In this document: positions 1 to 8,497 of the stretch, piece by piece
Layout of the letters: each line of letters opens with the position of its first letter
How positions within the stretch are numbered: position 1 is the stretch's first letter
Source of the DNA: an uncultured Janthinobacterium sp.
Lineage (GTDB): Bacteria > Pseudomonadota > Gammaproteobacteria > Burkholderiales > Burkholderiaceae_D
NCBI GenBank assembly: GCA_963530105.1
Contig: CAUSDR010000001.1
Location: forward strand, 1 to 61,658
Reading direction: 5' to 3'
Length of the DNA stretch: 61,658 nucleotides
Translations under genes and position numbers: made by a program
Notes under the pieces: generated by a model
Seen by the model: only the letters and a program-made list of their open reading frames with translations
Database searches by the model: none
What the model was told of the DNA's origin: nothing

Positions 1-53
1 GCCGCATCGATATCGCCGAACACTGGCATGCGACGCATCCCTTCCAGGGCTAA
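1..53 (+). CDS. puuE: 3' end of probable allantoinase PuuE (polysaccharide deacetylase family), truncated by window edge
   Basis: Frame from nt 3 reads RIDIAEHWHATHPFQG-stop (TAA 51-53), resembling the recalled PuuE C-terminus (RRxDIAxHWxxxHP); lies directly upstream of xdhA. Only 16 codons visible. Confidence 0.65.
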   Translation, partial: RIDIAEHWHATHPFQG

Positions 54-151
54 GTTTATTGATATAGGATGATAAGTAAAATCAGTCTTTGCATATAGTT
101 GTCCTGTGTGCCGGTGTTAATCTTCACCACTGGGACTATACCGAGGCCAGC

Positions 152-1618
152 ATGTCAGAACCGATTCGCTTTTATTACCGTGGCGCCGTGCAGGAAGTGC
201 ACAATGCAGCCCCCACGCAGACCGTGTTGCAACACCTGCGCGAGGACTTGCATTGCACGGGCACCAAGGAAGGCTGCGCCGAAGGCGATTGCGGCGCCTG
301 CACGGTGGTCATCGGCAGCCTGGTGGATGGCAAGGTGGAAATGAAGGCCGTCAACGCCTGCATCCAGCTCACGCCCACGCTCGATGGCAAGGCCTTGTTT
401 TCCGTGGAAGACTTGCAACAGCCCGCCGGCGCCCTGCACCCGGTGCAGCAGGCGATGGTCGAATGCCACGGTTCCCAGTGCGGTTTCTGCACGCCCGGTT
501 TCGTCATGTCGTTGTGGGGCATGTACCTGGAAAAAAATGGCGCGACGCCGACGCGCTGCGAAATCGACGATACCCTGTCTGGCAACCTGTGCCGCTGCAC
601 CGGTTACCGTCCCATCATTGATGCGGCCAAGCGCATGGTCGAATTGCCGCATGTCGCCTTTGACCGTGATGCCTTGCAGATGCAATTGCAGGCGCTGCAG
701 CGTGGCAGCTTGCTCACCTACGAACATGGCGGCCAGCGCTTCCATGCGCCGCGTACCCTGGACGAACTGGTGGCGCTGCGCGCAGCATCCCCTCAGGCTT
801 GCCTGCTGGCCGGTTCCACCGATATCGGCCTGTGGGTCACCAAGCAACTGCGCGACCTGGGCGACATCATTTATCTTGGCAACGTCGCTGCGCTGAAAAG
901 CATCGCCATTCTTGACGGCAAGCTGCAGATCGGTGCCGGTGCCAGCCTGAACGATGCCTACGGCGCGCTGTGCCAACATTACCCTGATGAACTGTCGGAG
1001 CTGTGGCAGCGCTTCGCTTCCTTGCCGATCCGCAACGCGGGTACCCTGGGCGGCAATGTGGCGAATGGCTCGCCGATCGGCGACTCGATGCCGTGGCTGA
1101 TCGCGCTGGGCAGCGAGGTCGTGCTGCGCGGCCCTTCCGGCCAGCGCAGCATGCCCTTGGAAAACTTTTACCTGGGCTACCAAAAGAAAGATTTGCAGCT
1201 TGGCGAATTCGTCGAAGCCGTGCGCGTGCCGCTGCCACGTGCCGGCGTGCATTTCCGCACGTATAAACTGGCCAAGCGCTTTGATCAGGACATTTCCGCC
1301 GTGTGCGCCGCGTTTGCCTTTGAGCTGGACGGTGAACGCATCGTCGACGCGCGCATCGCTTTTGGCGGCATGGCGGCCACGCCGCAGCGCGCGGCGCAAA
1401 CGGAAGCGTTCCTGCGGGGGCAGGCGTGGAGCGAAGACAATCTCGTCATCGCCATGCGCTTGCTGGCCGACGATTACGCGCCGTTGTCGGACATGCGCGC
1501 CTCGAACACTTACCGCATGACGACGGCGCAAAACCTGCTGCGCCGCTACTGGCTGGAAACACGTCCCGGTGCGCCGTTGTCGCGCACTGCCGTCAACGCC
1601 TACGCTTGCCGCGCCTGA
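152..1618 (+). CDS. xdhA: Xanthine dehydrogenase small (2Fe-2S/FAD) subunit
   Basis: GTKEGCAEGDCGAC, QCGFCTPG and GNLCRCTGY Fe-S motifs; FAD domain (AGSTD, RNAGTLGGN); ATG152 after GAGG. Confidence 0.96.
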   Translation: MSEPIRFYYRGAVQEVHNAAPTQTVLQHLREDLHCTGTKEGCAEGDCGACTVVIGSLVDGKVEMKAVNACIQLTPTLDGKALFSVEDLQQPAGALHPVQQAMVECHGSQCGFCTPGFVMSLWGMYLEKNGATPTRCEIDDTLSGNLCRCTGYRPIIDAAKRMVELPHVAFDRDALQMQLQALQRGSLLTYEHGGQRFHAPRTLDELVALRAASPQACLLAGSTDIGLWVTKQLRDLGDIIYLGNVAALKSIAILDGKLQIGAGASLNDAYGALCQHYPDELSELWQRFASLPIRNAGTLGGNVANGSPIGDSMPWLIALGSEVVLRGPSGQRSMPLENFYLGYQKKDLQLGEFVEAVRVPLPRAGVHFRTYKLAKRFDQDISAVCAAFAFELDGERIVDARIAFGGMAATPQRAAQTEAFLRGQAWSEDNLVIAMRLLADDYAPLSDMRASNTYRMTTAQNLLRRYWLETRPGAPLSRTAVNAYACRA

Positions 1619-1628
1619 AAGGACCAGC

Positions 1629-3977
1629 ATGAACCATCCTGCCACGCCCGAACTGCAAGCGGCCGCCTGGAGCGCCGTGGGCAAACCCCGCCCGCACGAA
1701 TCGGCGCAATTGCATGTGCTGGGGCAAGCCACCTATACGGATGATATTGCCGAACTGCAGGGCACCTTGCACGCGGCGCTGGGCTTGTCGCAAAAGCCGC
1801 ATGCGCGCATCACGGCCATGGACTTGTCTGCCGTGCGCGCGGCCCGCGGCGTTGCCGCCGTCTACACGGCGCAGGACATTCCCGGCACCAATGATTGCGG
1901 CCCCATTATCCACGACGATCCCATCCTGGCGTTTGATCTGGTGCAATACGTGGGCCAGCCCATCTTCATTGTTGTGGCCGATACGCACGACCACGCGCGC
2001 CGCGCCGCCCGCCTGGCGCAAGTGACGTATGACGAATTGCCGGCGATCATGACGCCGCAAGCGGCCAAGGCGGCACAATCGTACGTGCTGCCACCGATGC
2101 GCCTGGCGCGTGGCGATTATCAAGCCGCGTTCGAGCAAGCGCCGCATGTGGTCAAGGGCCAGTTGTATGTGGGCGGGCAGGAACAGTTTTATCTGGAGGG
2201 ACAGATTTCCTACGCGATTCCGAAGGAAGCGCAGGGCATGCTCGTGCTGTGTTCGACCCAGCATCCGAGCGAGATGCAGCACGTGGTGGCGCATGCGCTG
2301 GGCGTGCATTCGCATAACATCACCGTCGAATGCCGGCGCATGGGCGGCGGCTTCGGCGGCAAGGAATCGCAATCGGCCCTGTGGGCCGCCGCCTCGGCCA
2401 TTGCGGCATCGAAACTGAAACGCCCCGTGAAACTGCGCGCCGACCGCGACGACGACATGCTGGTGACGGGCAAGCGCCACTGTTTTTATTATGAATACGA
2501 AGTGGGCTATGACAACGAGGGCAAGATACTCGCCGCCAAGGTCGACATGACCACGCGCGCCGGTTATTCGGCGGACTTGTCCGGCCCCGTCGCCACGCGC
2601 GCCGTCTGCCACTTCGACAATACGTATTACTTGTCCGACGTGGATATCCGCGCCGCCTGCGGCAAGACGAATACCCAGTCGAACACGGCGTTCCGCGGCT
2701 TTGGCGGCCCGCAGGGCGCCATCGCCATCGAATACGTGATCGATGAAATCGCCCGCCACCTGCAGCGCGATGCGCTCGATATCCGCTTGCTCAATTTTTA
2801 TGGCCGCAACGATGGCGAAGGACGCAATGTCACGCCGTATGGGCAGAAAATCGTCGATAACGTCATCCACGAACTAGTGGCCGAACTGGAGCAGAGCAGC
2901 GATTACCGGGCGCGCCGCCGCGCCATCGATGCCTACAACGAAGCCAGCCCGATCCTGAAGAAGGGCCTGGCATTCACGCCCTTGAAGTTTGGCATCGCTT
3001 TCAATGTTACCCATCTGAACCAGGCTGGGGCGCTCGTGCACGTGTATGTCGACGGTTCCGTGCTGGTCAACCATGGCGGCACGGAAATGGGCCAGGGCAT
3101 CAATACCAAGGTGATGCAGGTGGTGGCGCACGAGCTGGGCCTGGACCTCGCATGCGTGCGCGCCACGGCCACCGATACCAGCAAGGTGGCGAATACCTCG
3201 GCGACGGCGGCCTCCACCGGCGCCGACTTGAACGGCAAGGCGGCGCAGGATGCGGCGCGGCAGATCCGGGAACGCCTGGCCGCTTACGCGGTCAAACTGT
3301 ATGGCGGCGAAGATAGCGCCGTGCGCTTCTTCGACAACCATATCCACGTGAATGGCCATGTCGTGCCGTTTGCCGAACTGGTGCAGAAGGCGTACTTGGC
3401 GCGCGTACAACTGTGGTCGGACGGGTTTTATGCCACGCCCGGCCTGTCGTGGGATGCGAAGACGATGACGGGCCATCCGTTTTCGTATTACGCGTATGGC
3501 GCCGCCGTGGCCGAAGTGGTCGTCGATACCCTGACGGGCGAATGGAAGCTGCTGCGTGCCGATGCCCTCTACGATGCAGGTCAGTCGCTCAATCCCGCGA
3601 TTGATCTGGGTCAAGTGGAGGGAGCATTTATCCAGGGCATGGGCTGGCTGACGACGGAGCAGTTGTGGTGGAACGCGGCGGGCAAGCTGATGACGCACGC
3701 GCCATCGACCTACAAAATTCCCGGCATCTCCGATTGTCCGGAAGATTTTCGCGTGAAACTGTTTCAGAATCGCAATGTGGAAGACAGCATCCACCGTTCC
3801 AAAGCCGTGGGTGAACCGCCGCTGCTGCTGCCGTTTTCCGTGTTTTTCGCCATCCGCGACGCCATTTCCAGCGTCGCCGGCCATGCCGTGCAGCCACCGC
3901 TGAATGCGCCCGCCACCAGCGAGGAAATCCTCAAGGCGGTGATGGCGGTGCAGGCAGCCTCCACACTGGCCGCGTGA
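1629..3977 (+). CDS. xdhB: Xanthine dehydrogenase molybdopterin subunit
   Basis: RRMGGGFGGKES, AFRGFGGPQG, GTEMGQG and SKAVGEPP motifs; ATG1629 after AAGGA. Confidence 0.96.
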   Translation: MNHPATPELQAAAWSAVGKPRPHESAQLHVLGQATYTDDIAELQGTLHAALGLSQKPHARITAMDLSAVRAARGVAAVYTAQDIPGTNDCGPIIHDDPILAFDLVQYVGQPIFIVVADTHDHARRAARLAQVTYDELPAIMTPQAAKAAQSYVLPPMRLARGDYQAAFEQAPHVVKGQLYVGGQEQFYLEGQISYAIPKEAQGMLVLCSTQHPSEMQHVVAHALGVHSHNITVECRRMGGGFGGKESQSALWAAASAIAASKLKRPVKLRADRDDDMLVTGKRHCFYYEYEVGYDNEGKILAAKVDMTTRAGYSADLSGPVATRAVCHFDNTYYLSDVDIRAACGKTNTQSNTAFRGFGGPQGAIAIEYVIDEIARHLQRDALDIRLLNFYGRNDGEGRNVTPYGQKIVDNVIHELVAELEQSSDYRARRRAIDAYNEASPILKKGLAFTPLKFGIAFNVTHLNQAGALVHVYVDGSVLVNHGGTEMGQGINTKVMQVVAHELGLDLACVRATATDTSKVANTSATAASTGADLNGKAAQDAARQIRERLAAYAVKLYGGEDSAVRFFDNHIHVNGHVVPFAELVQKAYLARVQLWSDGFYATPGLSWDAKTMTGHPFSYYAYGAAVAEVVVDTLTGEWKLLRADALYDAGQSLNPAIDLGQVEGAFIQGMGWLTTEQLWWNAAGKLMTHAPSTYKIPGISDCPEDFRVKLFQNRNVEDSIHRSKAVGEPPLLLPFSVFFAIRDAISSVAGHAVQPPLNAPATSEEILKAVMAVQAASTLAA

Positions 3978-3987
3978 GGAGCAACAG

Positions 3988-5055
3988 ATGAGCGACTGGC
4001 TGACAGCACTGCCCAATCACAAGACACCCTCGGTACTGGTAACGGTCGCCCTGGTGGAAGGCTCGGGTCCACGCGAAGCGGGCGCCAGGATGCACGTGCA
4101 CAATGAAGGCCAGCTTGATACCATCGGCGGCGGCCACCTGGAATTGCGCGCCGTCGAAATTGCCAAGACCATGCTGGCCACAGGGGAAACGCAGGCGCGG
4201 CTGGAACGTTTCGCGCTGGGACCCAGCCTGGGCCAGTGCTGTGGCGGCGTCGTCTGGCTGGCATTCGAACCCGTCGATGCCAGCCTGGCGGCCGTATTGT
4301 CCGCCTTGCGCGAACGCCGCCAGCAAGACAGCTGGCGGCTGACGGCGCTCGACGGCGCCGCCGCCTCGGCCCTGTTCGATGCGGCGGGCAAGCTGATCGC
4401 CGGCATGGCCGAGCAGGCGCCGGACACCTTTTCGCGTGAACGGGGCACGCATGTGGCGCAGGGCATGGAGGGACGGCGCTGGCTGGTCGACCCCTGCCTG
4501 GCGCCGCGCGCCCACCTGACCCTGTTCGGCGCCGGCCACGTTGGGGCCGCCATCGTGCGCGCGCTGGCGCACTTGCCCTGCAACGTGACCTGGGTCGATG
4601 AACGCGAAGACATGTTTTCCGCGCAACTGCCCGATAATGTGCGTATCGCCGCCACCGACACGCCCGAAGAATTCGTGGCCATGGCGCCGCCGGGCGGCAG
4701 CTTTTTGGTCATGACGCATAGCCATGCGCTGGATCAACGCTTGACGCAAGCCATCATGGCGCGCGAGGATGCGGGCTGGTTCGGGCTGATCGGTTCGCAA
4801 ACCAAGCGCAAGCAGTTCGAGCACCGCTTGCAGGCGCGCGGCGTGCCGGACGAGCGTATCGCCGCCATGGTGTGTCCGATCGGCATGCCCGGTATCCGCA
4901 ACAAGGCGCCGGCCGTGATCGCCGCGTCCGTTGCCTGTCAATTATTGATGGTGTGGGAGGAAGCCGCCAGCGCGGCCCTGGCCGCACCGCTGCGGCTGGT
5001 AACCGCCAGCACGCCGCCGCGCCGCAAGAGCCGCGCGGCCATTCACCCCTTATAG
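3988..5055 (+). CDS. xdhC: Xanthine dehydrogenase accessory protein
   Basis: GSGPRE, TIGGGHLE, LGQCCGG, FGAGHVG, MTHSHALD and GLIGS motifs; follows xdhB. Confidence 0.94.
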   Translation: MSDWLTALPNHKTPSVLVTVALVEGSGPREAGARMHVHNEGQLDTIGGGHLELRAVEIAKTMLATGETQARLERFALGPSLGQCCGGVVWLAFEPVDASLAAVLSALRERRQQDSWRLTALDGAAASALFDAAGKLIAGMAEQAPDTFSRERGTHVAQGMEGRRWLVDPCLAPRAHLTLFGAGHVGAAIVRALAHLPCNVTWVDEREDMFSAQLPDNVRIAATDTPEEFVAMAPPGGSFLVMTHSHALDQRLTQAIMAREDAGWFGLIGSQTKRKQFEHRLQARGVPDERIAAMVCPIGMPGIRNKAPAVIAASVACQLLMVWEEAASAALAAPLRLVTASTPPRRKSRAAIHPL

Positions 5056-5064
5056 AAAGAAGTC

Positions 5065-6381
5065 ATGCCGATTGTTCCTGCCACATTGCAAGCTTACCGT
5101 GCCAGCTTGCTGCACTTTCACGCCGATCCCGCATTCCATGAGGAAGCGCACGCCTGGCATGCGGATGGCTTGCTGATCGTTGCCGATGGAAAAGTCGTGG
5201 CGGCCGGCGATTATGCGCAACTGCTGCCGACCTTGCCGCCAGGAACGGACGTCATCGATTACAGCGGCAAGCTGATCGTGCCGGGCTTCATCGATACGCA
5301 TTTGCACTTCCCGCAGACGGAAATGATCGCCTCGCCCGCGCCCGGTTTGCTGCCGTGGCTGGAAACATACACCTTTCCCACTGAGCGCGCATTTGAGAAT
5401 CCTCAACATGCGCGCGATGTCGCCGAATTCTTCCTCGACGAACTGCTGCGCTGCGGCACCACGACGGCCATGGTGTATGGCAGCGTGCATCCGCAATCCG
5501 TCGACGCCTTCTTTGGCGCCAGCGAGGCGCGCGGCTTGCGCATGGTGGCGGGCAAGGTCATGATGGACCGCAATTGCCCCGAGTTCCTGCGCGATACGGC
5601 CGAGTCTGGCGCGCGTGACAGCGAAGAGCTGATCCGGCGCTGGCACAAGCACGGCCGTTCGCTGTATGCGATCACGCCCCGTTTCGTGCCCACTTCGACG
5701 AATGAACAGATGCACTTGGCGGGCGAACTGGCGCGCGCCTATCCGGATACGTATCTGCAGACGCATGTCTCGGAAAACGAGGACGAGTGCCGCTGGGTGC
5801 GCGAACTGCATCCGCAGGCGCGCAGCTATCTCGATGTGTACGACCAGTACGGCATGCTGCGCCCGCGCGCCATGTTTGGCCACTGCATCTGGCTTGACGA
5901 GCGCGACCGCGCGCGCATGGCGGAAACGCAATCGGCGGCAGCCATCTGCCCGACGTCCAATCTGTTTCTTGGCAGCGGGCTGTTCGATTTCGAGAAGGCT
6001 GATGCGGCGCAAGTGCTGATCTCGCTGGCTACCGACGTGGGCGGCGGCACCTCGTTCTCGATGTTGCAAACCATGAACGAAGCCTATAAAGTAGCACGCT
6101 TGAAAGGCAGCTATCTGCCCGCCTTGCGCATGTTTTACCTGGCAACCCTGGGCGCCGCGCGGGCCATGCAACTGGAGGGTGTCCTGGGCAATTTCACGGC
6201 GGGCACGGAAGCGGACTTCATCGTGCTCGACAAGAAGTCGACGCCGCTGCTGGCACGCCGCACGGCCGCTTGCCTAAGCCTCGAGGAATTGCTGTTTGCC
6301 TTTGCGTTGCTGGGCGATGACCGCGCCGTGGCCGCCACTTATTCAGGCGGACGCTGCGTGCATGCGCGCGAGCAGGGCTGA
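5065..6381 (+). CDS. guaD: Guanine deaminase (amidohydrolase fold)
   Basis: PGFIDTHLHFPQ, LLPWLETYTFPTE, AITPRF, QTHVSEN, CPTSNLFLGSG and TDVGGG motifs. Confidence 0.95.
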   Translation: MPIVPATLQAYRASLLHFHADPAFHEEAHAWHADGLLIVADGKVVAAGDYAQLLPTLPPGTDVIDYSGKLIVPGFIDTHLHFPQTEMIASPAPGLLPWLETYTFPTERAFENPQHARDVAEFFLDELLRCGTTTAMVYGSVHPQSVDAFFGASEARGLRMVAGKVMMDRNCPEFLRDTAESGARDSEELIRRWHKHGRSLYAITPRFVPTSTNEQMHLAGELARAYPDTYLQTHVSENEDECRWVRELHPQARSYLDVYDQYGMLRPRAMFGHCIWLDERDRARMAETQSAAAICPTSNLFLGSGLFDFEKADAAQVLISLATDVGGGTSFSMLQTMNEAYKVARLKGSYLPALRMFYLATLGAARAMQLEGVLGNFTAGTEADFIVLDKKSTPLLARRTAACLSLEELLFAFALLGDDRAVAATYSGGRCVHAREQG

Positions 6382-6450
6382 CCTACCCGATGTTCCACCT
6401 GATTGATCCTGTGCTACTGCCAGGGTCAATCGCTCTGATCGAGAACGCTG

Positions 6451-7965
6451 ATGCAAAAGAATTTCCCGAGCCTGGCGCTGGTCGCCGCACTTGCCGCCGC
6501 ACTGCCACTGGCTGGCACGGCCCACGCCGCCAAGGCCGATGCTACCCCGTCCGCCAATGAAGCGGCCACGGCGCGCCATTTTGCCGCCCTGGTGGCCGGT
6601 GCGCAGCCGAAGATTGCCGAACTGAGCCTGTTCTTTTCCATGATGCCCAAAGGCGGCGACTTGCACCACCATTACTCGGGCGCCATCTACGCCGAGCAAT
6701 TCCTCGACTGGGTCGATAAGGAAAACTATTGCGTCAATAAGACGACTTATCGCATCGAAAGCAACAAGGACGTCGTGGCGGCCGAGCGCGCCAAGCCGGC
6801 GGCGCAGCGCGGCTGCCTGTCGTCCACGGAAGTGTTTGCCGACGCCGGCCTGTATGCGGAATTGCTGCAGCGCTGGTCGACCAAGGATTTTTATAACCAT
6901 GGCGCCATCCAGACGCCACCGGACCGTACTTTCTTCGATACTTTCGGCTACTTCGGCCCCGTTGCGTCGACAAATACGGCCGATGGCCTGAAAACCCTGA
7001 AACAGCGCGCCATCGCGGAAAACCTGAGCTACATCGAGACGATTTTCGAGCTGTCGCCGTTCGTGCAAAACGCCCAGTTCGACCAGCAGGTGCTGGCGCC
7101 AGGCTTGCAGCCCGCTGCCTTGCAAGCCGTGCTGGCGAACTGGAGCCAAACGCTGGAGCAGGACGCCAGCTTCCAGAAAAGCATCAGCGCCTACAACGAT
7201 AACGTGAACAGCAGCAGCGCCGGCATCGATGATACCAATTTCACCATGCGCTACCAGGCGTATGTGCTGCGCTTCCTGTCGCCATCGCAAGTGTTTTCCT
7301 CGATGGCGGCGGCCTTCAAGGCGGCCAGCCTGAATCCGCTGGTGGTGGGGGTGAACATCGTGGGCCAGGAAAGCGTGAATGTTTCCATGCGCGACTACAG
7401 CCTGCACATGGAAATGTTCAAGTTCCTCAAGGCGAAATATCCAAACGTCAAGATTGCCCTGCACGCGGGCGAGCTGGCGCTGGGCATGGTGCCGCCGGAA
7501 GGCATGGCTTTCCACATCGCCGAAGCCGTCGACGTGGCCGGTGCCGACCGTATCGGCCACGGCATGGACATTGCCTACGAGCACAATGCGCTGGCCACCA
7601 TGCAGAAGATGCGCGAGCGGGGCATTCCCGTGGAAGTGAATCTGACGAGCAACGACTATATCCTCGGCATCAAGGGCCAGGCCCATCCGATCACCCTGTA
7701 CCGCAAGTATGGCGTGCCATTCGTGATTTCGACGGACGATGCGGGCGTGTCGCGCAATACCCTGTCAAATGAATACGTGCTGTTTGCCAGCCAATACAAG
7801 ACCGATTATGCGGAATTGAAAAAGCTGTCGTATAACAGCCTGCGTTATTCATTTCTGGCCGAAGCGGACAAACAGCGTTTGCTGAAAGCCCTCGATGCCC
7901 GCTTCAGCCGTTTTGAAGCATTGATCGCGAATAGCGATCGTAAAGCAAGTGTTGTAAAACCGTAA
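6451..7965 (+). CDS. Exported (signal-peptide) adenosine deaminase-family protein
   Basis: Sec signal ending ...TAHA; MPKGGDLHHHYSG, ALHAGE, RIGHG, NLTSN and STDDAG ADA motifs. Confidence 0.88.
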   Translation: MQKNFPSLALVAALAAALPLAGTAHAAKADATPSANEAATARHFAALVAGAQPKIAELSLFFSMMPKGGDLHHHYSGAIYAEQFLDWVDKENYCVNKTTYRIESNKDVVAAERAKPAAQRGCLSSTEVFADAGLYAELLQRWSTKDFYNHGAIQTPPDRTFFDTFGYFGPVASTNTADGLKTLKQRAIAENLSYIETIFELSPFVQNAQFDQQVLAPGLQPAALQAVLANWSQTLEQDASFQKSISAYNDNVNSSSAGIDDTNFTMRYQAYVLRFLSPSQVFSSMAAAFKAASLNPLVVGVNIVGQESVNVSMRDYSLHMEMFKFLKAKYPNVKIALHAGELALGMVPPEGMAFHIAEAVDVAGADRIGHGMDIAYEHNALATMQKMRERGIPVEVNLTSNDYILGIKGQAHPITLYRKYGVPFVISTDDAGVSRNTLSNEYVLFASQYKTDYAELKKLSYNSLRYSFLAEADKQRLLKALDARFSRFEALIANSDRKASVVKP

Positions 7966-7992
7966 AAGTATTTCATCTTCCTTCCGCCTGCC

Positions 7993-8017
7993 ACGCGACC
8001 GCAACTAGCGGTCGCGT
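7993..8017 (+). terminator. GC-rich hairpin after the ADA gene
   Basis: ACGCGACCGC-AACTA-GCGGTCGCGT, perfect 10-bp stem; no U-tract, so terminator function is uncertain. Confidence 0.4.
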
Positions 8018-8214
8018 AGCCTCCATTCCCTCGCAGTTACAAATTGCTATTATCATAATTTTTGTTGTGCCTTTACGACACAAAATGTGATGCGCGTAGT
8101 GCTTTCTTGCAATTATTTTCTGAAACAATTTTCAAGGCATGCCGCTCATCTATAATTTCGCCCCGATGAGGTGAGCTTGCTCGGTTGATACAAAAAATGC
8201 GGCTTCTAGCGGTG

Positions 8215-8284
8215 ATTTATACTTTTTATATATAAATTATTAAAAAAAAACGTATTTGTCAGCCTTCAGACCTTAATGCATAGT
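8215..8284 (+). promoter_or_regulatory. LysR (XapR?) box plus sigma70-like promoter of the TBDR gene (copy 1 of 3)
   Basis: ATTTATA-N9-TATAAAT, 14 nt, GTATTTGTCA; TTGTCA-17-CATAGT; same architecture at 21969-22040(-) and 25345-25416(+). Confidence 0.8.
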
Positions 8285-8497
8285 TGGACGGCGAAGAATT
8301 GAATAAGTCATTTTTGATATCGCTTTTGTGACAATTCACGGTGTCTAGCGGCGCCTGTCATATAGCGGTCATATTCATGTAACGGTTTTGACATATTCGA
8401 TCTTTATACTGCCGTGTCTAGTTGGATAGTTTCCGTATTTCACCACTATAAGCAAGTAAATATGCTTGCAATTAACAACACACTCTAGGGGGTTTAC

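Noticed and set aside
54..151. Shared LysR box between the xdhA and puuD promoters
   Set aside because: Both are AT-rich with GATAT words, but I could not make a convincing alignment.
8327..8340. CRP-like site TGTGA-CAAT-TCACG
   Set aside because: Spacer is 4 nt rather than 6.
7966..8497. Purine riboswitch, sRNA or horizontally acquired segment in the AT-rich gap
   Set aside because: No recognisable aptamer consensus; the AT-richness is explained by promoter elements.
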